Shown one piece after another: positions 1 through 8,480 of a stretch of 64,000 bases of DNA; the stretch's first letter is position 1; each line of letters opens with the position of its first letter. The notes under the pieces were generated by a model, which was given only the letters and a program-made list of their open reading frames with translations, ran no database searches and had not been told where the DNA came from. Origin of the DNA: Theionarchaea archaeon (GTDB lineage Archaea > Methanobacteriota_B > Thermococci > Methanofastidiosales > SZ-28-30); the NCBI GenBank assembly GCA_018992685.1, contig JACVGT010000025.1, positions 1 to 64,000 of the forward strand, in the 5' to 3' direction. Position numbers and translations under genes: made by a program.

Positions 1-71
1 GCTTCTGTCACTGTGAGGTGTTCTTCCTCTGGCAGTTGGAGTAATTTCCATCGTTCTGTTACCACGTCCAA
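1..71 (-). CDS. N-terminus of a putative IS481-family transposase (partial)
   Basis: AAGGTGA SD followed by TTG gives MDVVTERWKLLQLPEEEHLTVTEA..., resembling a transposase HTH N-terminus; runs off the window. Confidence 0.5.
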   Translation of the reverse strand, partial: MDVVTERWKLLQLPEEEHLTVTE

Positions 72-143
72 TGGGATCACCTTCTGCCAAAGTGTTACCC
101 ATGTCTCTACTTACTTTTGTTACCCATGTCCCTACTTATTACA
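1..143 (-). mobile_element. Left end of an IS481-like insertion sequence, truncated by the window edge
   Basis: Minus strand begins TGTAATAAGTAGGGACATGGGTAACA and carries a second near-identical 21-bp copy (plus-strand 93-113 and 118-138). A TGT terminus with internal repeats is typical of IS481 ends, and an HTH-like ORF start follows. Confidence 0.6.
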
Positions 144-231
144 CACCGGGACGAACAACGCAGATACGAAAAAGAGGGCAGAGAATGTCATGAAATAGAC
201 GGTGATACACGAGCACGTTGTCGTTGATTGA

Positions 232-272
232 ACAGAAGAAAAAAGAGGAACAAGAAAGAAAGAGAAAAGAAA
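232..272 (-). terminator. Oligo-T/pyrimidine-rich archaeal terminator downstream of the S8 protease
   Basis: Long T-rich pyrimidine tract on the minus strand immediately after the stop at 279. Confidence 0.5.
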
Positions 273-278
273 ATGATT

Positions 279-3200
279 CTATTTTCCCAACATTTCGTTG
301 AGCTCGTCAATGGCTTCCTTATAGAATTGCATGGCCTTGAGGACGTTCCAGTTCCCGGCGACACAGTTAGAACCCTCTCCACAGAATTGCTGAGCGATTT
401 CCAGGAATTTCTGTGCTTCTTTCATCAGGTCTTCTACGGCAGAGGTATCCAATCCCTGTCCCTGAGCTTCAGCCAGGAGAGATTCTGCTTCCTCTTTGAG
501 ATTCAGTGTTTGCTCGATGTTGTACTTGGCCAAGGGGCACAGTGAAGGTGAAGGGTTCCGAGGAGTGGCAAATTGGTCTTCGCAGGTGCCTGAATCATCG
601 TAGGTGATGATCAGTTGTGGCTTGTAACACACGCCGAGGCTGCCCAGGTCTTGTCGGAAACCAGTATCCCAACTCATGATGCTATCTCCTGTGGTTGCAC
701 CATCCAGCCTGAAGGTCAACGTGCTGTTGGCACAGCCGGACTTGTTGAAGAGCCTGAGTTGGAAGGGGTCACTGATGGTCAAAGTGTATGCTGTATCGGG
801 ACCATCTTCGACGAGTTCAGTAGTAGTCCAGGTGGGAGTCAATGTCACGAGTATGGGGGCATTCATAATGTTATCTACGGTACCAGCGAGATAGAGGTCT
901 CCACTGAAATCAATGAGGTTACAGCTCCAGGTATCGACCTGACCAGCATCCAGTTGATCTGCCTGCTTGAAGATCACCACTTGTACACTCTGGATGTACG
1001 ATTTTGGGGGAAGATTGCTCAACTTGAATTGGAAAACTCCGTTTCTTATCCCAGCATAGCTGGTGTTGTGCCCTGTCCACATGTCGTCATCATCCAGAAC
1101 CACACCATAATCAGTCTCAGCCACGTAGCCTACGTGGTACTGGGGCGGAGTGTATATCATGGGTGTAGTAAAGGAATGCGGTCCTGAGCATCCAGTGTTT
1201 CCTGCCTGATCTGTGGAACACACCTCATAGTAGTAGGTAGTTCCCATTTGCAGTCCGTCGAATTCCACATAATGGTTAAGCACCAAGTTCGGGTCTGAGA
1301 TTGTATTTCCATAGGCTGTGGTCGCACCCCAGTTGACGACAGTAGTGCCGTTTTCATCTGTGTCCCACGTGATCTCAACACTCGATCCATTACAGGTATT
1401 AGCCAAGACATTGCTGATTACAGGAGGCACTCCATCAATTTGGGCAGTATCTGTCCTCACTCCTGCAGGATTGGCATCATTGTAGGTTACAGTGAGAGTG
1501 TCAGGATCTGATACTTCAAGTTGACCGTTTCCTGGATTTGCCGCACCTGGGAGGCACCCGAGCGTGCCCTGGAAAATGCCAGTGGCGCCGCCAGTTTCAG
1601 TCACAGTGACAGATTCACTATCTCCCGTGGCAGCACTGGACACGGTGACAGTAGCTGTACCTGTTCCCGCCAGATCTGCATCGGCAAGTGTGATTCCCAG
1701 TGTATCGGTAGTTCCATAGTAGTCCTGATCGAACTGCACTGTCCCCTGTGATTGAACAATGTTTCCCGAGACTGATAGAGCATACGGCTGCACATTCCAG
1801 CCAGGAGTCACCTGATCTGTCTGGAAGGCCACCACATAAATGGTGTATAACCCTGGGTCTGGATTATTGATGCGAACCTTCTGTACGGTGTCAGGATAAA
1901 TGAAGGCAGTATTGGGCACTGACCAGCCTCCGGAGAAGTTGCCACTGCCGCTCAAATAGTACGTAATTCCATTGGGGTGATCTACCTCAACGTACATGTA
2001 GTTGACCATCTGGAAGGCGGAACCTGCTGTTCCCGGGGGATCGGTGTAGACCGCAGTAACGTCCAGATATCCTCCAGGTCCAACCACAGCGGTGTAGGCC
2101 TTGAAGAATGGCCGTACAATAGCAGCGCCATCCAATCCAGCAGTGTTGTCATCCACCAGCAGTGACTGGGTATCTCCTGAGAAGTACAGTGCATTATCCA
2201 GCAGCACACGGCCCCATCCCTGACCATCACCGGGGATAGTTCCCCCTATGTTGTATCCGGTCATGGGCTGAGCACTGTTGATGATGACAGCCTTCATCAT
2301 AGCTGCTGAAGGAGTAAACGCACCTCCACCCTGGAATCCTGTTGACGAACCCACGGGAGTGTAGTATCCACTTGCAAAGTAATCCCGCACCAATGCACAG
2401 CATCCTGCAATTCCTGGGGCTGACATACTTGTTCCTTGAAAGCCCACCAATCCATCGTTGGGGGCTATGCCGTCTGTAACATTGTTGTTATCTCCTGAGA
2501 AAATAACTTGCCCCGGGGCACACACGTCAGGCTTTATCCTTCCCCAGCCACCGGTGGGTCCCCAACTGGAGAATGAAGCCACATCCTCCGAGTTGCCGCC
2601 ATATCCATCGTTTGTGGTTTCAGACGCTCCAATGCTCAGGCAGTCCTTAGCAGTGGCGGGTGGAGTAATTGTTGTAGTACCCGGTCCATCATTCCCATTT
2701 GAGAACACAACCAGGAAATTCTTGTTGGCCCACATCATCTCGTCAACGTCCCTGGAATAGGCGTCATATGCTCCATACGCGCCTCCTCCCCAGGAATTTG
2801 AGTGAATGTAGGCGCCATCAGCCATAGCCTGGGGAAATAATCCAACAGTCCCTGGATATGGGACACCATTCAACGTCCCTGCAGGTGTCGGATCATTGAG
2901 GTCTGGAGGTCCATATACATAAGGAGAATCAGACCGTCCCAGATCCTGGAATACCAGCTTACCCTGGAAAGCATTTCCCTCATAGAAATCATATCCTGCA
3001 GTCGGTGTTACACCCCATGTAGGCAACGCGCTACCAGTCACCCACTCACCTGCAATGGTACCAGATGTGTGTGTACCATGGCCTGCGGCGTAATTGGTCC
3101 CAATGGGATTCTCAATATCCCAGTCGTACACGTTGTACATGGGATCTGCGGCTCCTGGGTAGTATCCATCTCCAGGATTGTAATAGTTGTAAGGAGTAGC

Positions 3201-4139
3201 CACGGTATAGACTCCGGTTTGATACCAGTTGTAGTAAGATAGAACCTTCCTCTGAGCTGCATTATACGTGTGGGAGGGTAGTCCCTGTACAGAATCCCAG
3301 AACATCAAGTGGTCTGCATCAATACCTGTATCAGATATTGCAACAACCTGTCCTGAACCGGTGACACCGTTACTAAACACCTTCCTATTCCCGAGTTGAT
3401 ACGTCTGCACAATCCAGGTGTCGTTGTCATTCACAGGTGCCATCAAGTATCGTCTCTCCACAAAGTACACACCGTTCAGACCGGCAAGCTGGGTAACATT
3501 CTCTTTGTCCAGAGTTACATACATCCTTTCAGCAGTATAATTGTGAACATAGCCACCCATTGCTCTGATCTGTGGTATGTAATTCGCAGCGTTTTCTCCT
3601 CTGAAAAACGTGATCACAAATTCATTCTCAGGCTGAGGAAGCTGATTGAACTTTGGAATTGCATCCCCGTCGAAGGCCATTCCTTCTGATGTCGTCGTTG
3701 CACTGACAGCTTCGTGGATCTCAGGACTGATCTTATACTCAGGTTTCCATGGGCCAATCCAGTCGATTTCCTTCATTGAATTCAATGATGCCAAATGAGA
3801 ACTACTCAATCGGCACAGATAGGTACTGTATCCAAGATTCTCCTTGATGTTCCCCTGCGTCACAGCCAGGACAAACCGTGAAGCCTCATCTTTTCCCAGT
3901 TTGTCTTTGAAATGAACAAGGTAGTATCCACCGTCCACGGGCAATTGTTGGTTCCCTCTCAGATTATCAGCAAATCTGACATCAATAGAGGCAGAACGGA
4001 GGAGCACACTGTTCTTATTGACCTGTAACCCGACAGGTCGGGGTCCGCTGGCTTTGGCTTCATAGGTTATTCCTGAACCTACCAGCAGCAGAACAAGAGC
4101 TACAGCCATAACGAGCTTTGTCGACTTCTGCATATCCAT
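279..4139 (-). CDS. Secreted S8 (subtilisin, KP-43-like) serine protease with FN3/purple-acid-phosphatase-N-like and C-terminal helical domains
   Basis: Signal peptide; catalytic motifs SDTGID, GHGTHTSGT and GTSMSAP; oxyanion-hole SNGNDG; KPDVCAPG; FN3-like ITWDTDE...YYYEV; AGGAGG SD. Confidence 0.93.
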   Translation of the reverse strand: MDMQKSTKLVMAVALVLLLVGSGITYEAKASGPRPVGLQVNKNSVLLRSASIDVRFADNLRGNQQLPVDGGYYLVHFKDKLGKDEASRFVLAVTQGNIKENLGYSTYLCRLSSSHLASLNSMKEIDWIGPWKPEYKISPEIHEAVSATTTSEGMAFDGDAIPKFNQLPQPENEFVITFFRGENAANYIPQIRAMGGYVHNYTAERMYVTLDKENVTQLAGLNGVYFVERRYLMAPVNDNDTWIVQTYQLGNRKVFSNGVTGSGQVVAISDTGIDADHLMFWDSVQGLPSHTYNAAQRKVLSYYNWYQTGVYTVATPYNYYNPGDGYYPGAADPMYNVYDWDIENPIGTNYAAGHGTHTSGTIAGEWVTGSALPTWGVTPTAGYDFYEGNAFQGKLVFQDLGRSDSPYVYGPPDLNDPTPAGTLNGVPYPGTVGLFPQAMADGAYIHSNSWGGGAYGAYDAYSRDVDEMMWANKNFLVVFSNGNDGPGTTTITPPATAKDCLSIGASETTNDGYGGNSEDVASFSSWGPTGGWGRIKPDVCAPGQVIFSGDNNNVTDGIAPNDGLVGFQGTSMSAPGIAGCCALVRDYFASGYYTPVGSSTGFQGGGAFTPSAAMMKAVIINSAQPMTGYNIGGTIPGDGQGWGRVLLDNALYFSGDTQSLLVDDNTAGLDGAAIVRPFFKAYTAVVGPGGYLDVTAVYTDPPGTAGSAFQMVNYMYVEVDHPNGITYYLSGSGNFSGGWSVPNTAFIYPDTVQKVRINNPDPGLYTIYVVAFQTDQVTPGWNVQPYALSVSGNIVQSQGTVQFDQDYYGTTDTLGITLADADLAGTGTATVTVSSAATGDSESVTVTETGGATGIFQGTLGCLPGAANPGNGQLEVSDPDTLTVTYNDANPAGVRTDTAQIDGVPPVISNVLANTCNGSSVEITWDTDENGTTVVNWGATTAYGNTISDPNLVLNHYVEFDGLQMGTTYYYEVCSTDQAGNTGCSGPHSFTTPMIYTPPQYHVGYVAETDYGVVLDDDDMWTGHNTSYAGIRNGVFQFKLSNLPPKSYIQSVQVVIFKQADQLDAGQVDTWSCNLIDFSGDLYLAGTVDNIMNAPILVTLTPTWTTTELVEDGPDTAYTLTISDPFQLRLFNKSGCANSTLTFRLDGATTGDSIMSWDTGFRQDLGSLGVCYKPQLIITYDDSGTCEDQFATPRNPSPSLCPLAKYNIEQTLNLKEEAESLLAEAQGQGLDTSAVEDLMKEAQKFLEIAQQFCGEGSNCVAGNWNVLKAMQFYKEAIDELNEMLGK

Positions 4140-4298
4140 TTCCTCCTTTCTCCTTTGAGAATTATATGTTGTATTTTGTAAACCTGCTTTTTAAATGTTT
4201 GGGTTTAGGCAGGATTTCAGAGGAATTTCCAAGAGAAATGACAGAATACATGCGTCGATTCTCCAGATTCTGACAATTGCGAGAATCCAGAACAGGTT

Positions 4299-5123
4299 TC
4301 AAATCAATCCGTCCAAGACGTGATGGAATTCTTCTTTCTGCCTCTCAAGATAGTGGATTCCTGAAAAATACTCCTTTTCGAGTCCCTGTCGAATCATAGA
4401 TTGCTGGAGAGCATTTTGGTAGTAGTCCTTTTTGTCTCTCAGCGTTGTGGCTTTGTGGATTTCCATCAAGGGGTAGGGATACCCCAGGCAGAAAAGGTAG
4501 CGAGAAAAGTAAGCCAATCTCTCGAACAGGGGAACTCCTCTCACGTCAATTCTGAAGGATGGTCCTCTCTCATGCAGTCTGGCAATGTATGTGTCTCCCA
4601 GAGGGTTCAGGGACCGACACATGTTCTTAGAGATTCTGTAGTACCAGGTGCCTGGAGACTCCAGAACTTCAGTGTCAGGAATGCCTCTCTGAAGCGTGTC
4701 CAGCCGTGTTTTCTTTGATATGCCCATGACAGTTGTGATCCCTTTCAAAGCATCTATCACCTGCTTGAACGAGGTGTGAGGGACATCCTGTAGTGCTCCA
4801 TCAAACAGAACACAATCACAAAAAGGGGCAACCTCTTTGAGGTGTTGAAGCTCGTAGTCAAACCGATGCGTGTCAATATCTTCCCCCGCGAGAAGGACTG
4901 CCTTGCTCCGGACCTTATGACGTACAATAAGGTGATGTTCGTCATACATGATATACCCTGCAGTCACCACTCCAATACTCTGAACAGTGTTGCTCCACAG
5001 AATTGCAGCTCCCCCATCCACTGCAGCTACGGTTCCCGGTTCTTCACTGGAGATGGGGGTGACGAAGTACGTCTGCCTGTGTGAGTACTGACCCTTGAGT
5101 TGGCGTACAACTTCTTCAAACAT
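4299..5123 (-). CDS. nurA: NurA-domain nuclease
   Basis: AAVDGG, LFDGAL, GISKKT and GYPYPLMEIH motifs of the NurA family; start set at MFEEVV. Confidence 0.8.
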   Translation of the reverse strand: MFEEVVRQLKGQYSHRQTYFVTPISSEEPGTVAAVDGGAAILWSNTVQSIGVVTAGYIMYDEHHLIVRHKVRSKAVLLAGEDIDTHRFDYELQHLKEVAPFCDCVLFDGALQDVPHTSFKQVIDALKGITTVMGISKKTRLDTLQRGIPDTEVLESPGTWYYRISKNMCRSLNPLGDTYIARLHERGPSFRIDVRGVPLFERLAYFSRYLFCLGYPYPLMEIHKATTLRDKKDYYQNALQQSMIRQGLEKEYFSGIHYLERQKEEFHHVLDGLI

Positions 5124-5203
5124 GTGTCCTAGTGGGGAGTCACATAGAAAAAGGTACGTATCTGGAAATGAGTTACCAGGACACGGCAAAACCCTGGCTG
5201 CAA

Positions 5204-5806
5204 TCAGAAATCCAGGAATCTAGCAATTCCCGCCGTTATAGCTATGGTGACTGCCACAAACACTGCGGGACTAAAGAACCAGAAAAATAGTGGGATACTG
5301 TAATACAGACACCGCATTCCCAGCGTGTGGTGGAGAAAGGCTTGATTTGTCTTCTTTGCCAGATACTCCACAGCCGGAATTCCTTCCAGTTCCTCAATCT
5401 TTGAAGGGGATGATTCTATCAGGATAGTAATTTCATTGGCTGTTCTTAAAGTGAACAGGAAATTGAAGAAGGCCAGAGCGATGATCCCGATTAGGGCATA
5501 CAGTTTGTAGTCATAGTAGTCCTGCGGGACAGGGAATGATCCCCGAGCATAGCTCACGGCAACACCAATAAAGATGAGAGTAGATGAAGCCAGGAATGTG
5601 GTAATAGTGGTCATATTCCTGATCTGCTGCACTGCTACCATCCCTCTCCCCCCTCGAAGCACGTTTTCAATCCAATACTCGCGGTATATATTCTGCCGGC
5701 CCTTCTGGGTCTTCTTAGGATAGTTCTTTGTGTACCAGAAATAGGCAAGGTTGTAGCCACTGAACATAGCAACAAACGCTAGGCCGGATACCGATTCCAC
5801 GTTCAT
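5204..5806 (-). CDS. DUF599-family membrane protein
   Basis: AVQQIRN...TFLASST and LGMRCLYYSIPLFFWFF motifs, four TM segments; start set at MNVESV. Confidence 0.8.
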   Translation of the reverse strand: MNVESVSGLAFVAMFSGYNLAYFWYTKNYPKKTQKGRQNIYREYWIENVLRGGRGMVAVQQIRNMTTITTFLASSTLIFIGVAVSYARGSFPVPQDYYDYKLYALIGIIALAFFNFLFTLRTANEITILIESSPSKIEELEGIPAVEYLAKKTNQAFLHHTLGMRCLYYSIPLFFWFFSPAVFVAVTIAITAGIARFLDF

Positions 5807-5901
5807 GAACGTGATATCGATTTGATGCATAAATAGATTGTGAGGACAAGATAAGGATGAGCCCCGTGGCAGAGAGCTTTTATAATTATCGAGATGACAG
5901 T

Positions 5902-6837
5902 ATGAGTATGAAGGCCACAGCACGTGCGCATACTGTGCAGAACTTGACAAACCCGTTTCCGTTCTCCACGTTTGGGGCTCAGGTTCCTTTCTTGAGCAGT
6001 ATTTCAGTGTGTACAGCCCCTTTGGAGACGGTAGCCACCGTTGAATTTTGGGAAGAAAGAGAAAAAAGAGAAATCGCCTTTGAAGAGAGGACTGTGGACC
6101 AGCGAGTGGGGCGCGGAGTTGATGCAGTGATTTCTGAGGTCAGGAGATTATCTGGGATCGATTGTGAGTATGCCGTCTTGGGAAAAAGCAATCTCTCGAC
6201 GAGTGCGGTCCTTGATGAGCCTTCTTTCATTGCAGCTGTGACGGTGGCTTCGTCTGAAGCATGTGGCCTGGATTTGTGCCACAAAGAATTGTCACGGATT
6301 GCATCAAAGGGTTCTGAGTCTGCACCAGGGGCAGTTACAGGATGGGTTTCCAAATGGGAAGCAGGCCTGCAGGAGGAATTCTCTCATTCCGTTGTACTTG
6401 AGGAGGAGCTGGACATGGGCATGATTCGAGTGTTTGTGAACCCATTTGTGGATGATCTGGAGATAGTGAAATCTCCTCTTGTTGAAGCGCGGCTGAAAAT
6501 GGCTCATACCAGTGTGATTGAGATGGAGAGAGCAATCAGGAATCACGACATAGAGAAAATCGGGGAATTGGCGGAAAAAACCTCACTGCTACTCCATGCC
6601 ATAGCGGCAACAGCGAGGAACGAGGTCATGTGGTCACCTGGAGTCCTGAGCGTTGTCCATGAAGTGAGGGCATTGCGCGAGGAGGGGGTGAAAGCGTATT
6701 TCAATGTCGACTGGACTGGAGTCTACGTAAACTCATACCCCGAGGACATAACAAGGATTGCACAGAGGATCAGGGAGGCGGGCGTAGAATTATGTCCTCT
6801 GCATATTGGAGGAAATGCACAGTCATCCACGGATTGA
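5902..6837 (+). CDS. Divergent (phospho)mevalonate decarboxylase-like GHMP-kinase family protein
   Basis: N-terminal MKATARAH, ELSRIASKGSESA, ELAEKTSLLLHA and VRALREEGVKAYFNVD match the MVD/PMD scaffold, but key motifs are degenerate. Confidence 0.7.
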   Translation: MSMKATARAHTVQNLTNPFPFSTFGAQVPFLSSISVCTAPLETVATVEFWEEREKREIAFEERTVDQRVGRGVDAVISEVRRLSGIDCEYAVLGKSNLSTSAVLDEPSFIAAVTVASSEACGLDLCHKELSRIASKGSESAPGAVTGWVSKWEAGLQEEFSHSVVLEEELDMGMIRVFVNPFVDDLEIVKSPLVEARLKMAHTSVIEMERAIRNHDIEKIGELAEKTSLLLHAIAATARNEVMWSPGVLSVVHEVRALREEGVKAYFNVDWTGVYVNSYPEDITRIAQRIREAGVELCPLHIGGNAQSSTD

Positions 6838-6889
6838 ATATTCTTTGAGTGTAACCTACTACTTAAAAAGGTAATAGCAAAGTACCATC

Positions 6890-7708
6890 ATGCTGGTGGA
6901 TTTACACACTCATACGACTTGCTCAGACGGGACTCTAAGCCCGGAAGCTCTCGTCCAGTATGCCAAAGAAAAGTCCCTGGAAGCTATTGCTGTCACTGAT
7001 CATGATACTACGGCTGGCAATGAAAGAGCAATCCAGGAAGGATTATCAGTGGGTGTAGAAGTCGTTCCAGGAGTGGAACTCTCTGCTGAATGTGACAGAG
7101 GAAGTCTGCACATCCTGGGGTTTTTTGTTGATTCTGAAAGCCCATCCATCACTGAAGCAACAGCTTTCCTCCAGGAAAAGAGGAGGGAAAGAAATATCTC
7201 AATCATTGAGATTCTCGAGGATATGGGGGTCTTCATCGAGAAAGATCCTTTCTTGCACAATGCGTATCTGGGAAGGCCCCACATTGCTAGAGCCCTCGTA
7301 GACGCTGGACACTGCGAGACCATTGATGAAAGTTTCGAGAAATTCTTGAAAAGAGGAGCCTCTGCCTACGTGGAGAGGAAAAAACTGTCCGAACAGAAGA
7401 CAATAACGTCTATTGCTGAAGCCGGGGGCATTCCAGTTCTTGCTCATCCTGTAACAGTTTCTGACCCCGAAGAGACTGTAGAACGGTTATGTGAACGAGG
7501 GCTTAAGGGAATCGAGATATATTACCCTACGCACACCGACAAAGATGTCGCTCGCTTCACATCGTTAGCAGAGCGTTATGGACTGTTCGTGACTGGAGGG
7601 TCTGACTTTCATGGGCTTCACAAACCCCATATCGGCCTGGGCTGTGTAAACGTCCCATATCGTGTGCTACAAGAAATGAAAGAACACTGGGCAACCTTCA
7701 CCTCATAA
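6890..7708 (+). CDS. PHP-domain phosphoesterase (TrpH/YciV-like)
   Basis: DLHTHTTCSDG, AVTDHD, GRPHIA, LAHP and TGGSDFHG motifs. Confidence 0.92.
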   Translation: MLVDLHTHTTCSDGTLSPEALVQYAKEKSLEAIAVTDHDTTAGNERAIQEGLSVGVEVVPGVELSAECDRGSLHILGFFVDSESPSITEATAFLQEKRRERNISIIEILEDMGVFIEKDPFLHNAYLGRPHIARALVDAGHCETIDESFEKFLKRGASAYVERKKLSEQKTITSIAEAGGIPVLAHPVTVSDPEETVERLCERGLKGIEIYYPTHTDKDVARFTSLAERYGLFVTGGSDFHGLHKPHIGLGCVNVPYRVLQEMKEHWATFTS

Positions 7709-7763
7709 TCTTCCCCGGGGACAATCTGTGCTCCTGACGTATTGAGGTAACACGTCAAAGGAA

Positions 7764-8318
7764 TCATACATGAATCTTCTTCCAGCCAGCAGGCATTCTA
7801 CTCCCGGACTCCAGAACGTCCAGAGCTTTGGTGGCCTTTGACCTCACTGCAACGCTCTCATTATTCTTGAGGTTTCGTATGTTCTCGATTATTTCCTCCC
7901 GTCTTCTCTCACATCTCGATCCGAGGACGCTGAGGGTGACTATTGACCAGCTCCTGACAAAGACGCTCCTGTCCTGCAGGAGATGAAGCAATATGGACAC
8001 TACTTCATCAGTTTCTTCATGAGACAATTCAATATTCGCAAATATCATTGCCAGATGCCATCTCACCATGGGGACATTGTCATGTACCACAAGATGCATG
8101 AAAGTTCTAGTTAGTCCTTTCAACAATTCAGGGGCTATTCGAGAAATCTTCTCCAGAACATGAGTTGTTCTTCCACGCATTACATCATCAGGGTCATCCA
8201 GCCCTTGGGCAACCGTGGGCAGGAGATGCCGGGATTCCAGCACTTTTCTTGCCACTTCATCTGCTTTCCCATCTGAGCGCAGATCACCGCCGCGTAACTT
8301 CTCCAAGAGTTCATTCAT
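7764..8318 (-). CDS. HEAT-repeat protein
   Basis: Repeated helical units (DPDDVMRGR, DNVPMVRW, DRSVFVRS, ESVAVRS); start set at MNELLEKL. Confidence 0.7.
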   Translation of the reverse strand: MNELLEKLRGGDLRSDGKADEVARKVLESRHLLPTVAQGLDDPDDVMRGRTTHVLEKISRIAPELLKGLTRTFMHLVVHDNVPMVRWHLAMIFANIELSHEETDEVVSILLHLLQDRSVFVRSWSIVTLSVLGSRCERRREEIIENIRNLKNNESVAVRSKATKALDVLESGSRMPAGWKKIHV

Positions 8319-8480
8319 TTGTTTGCCCCTGTTCTGGGTCAGCCTGTCAGCCACATCTCTGATTTCGACTAACAGCACACCACGACTGTGAGTCATTGAG
8401 TGAGTCTCAACTCTCTAATTCTCTTCTGTGACAAGAGACCTTGGAGGGTTTCAGCAGTTACGACTTTCGTGTCGCTGTAC

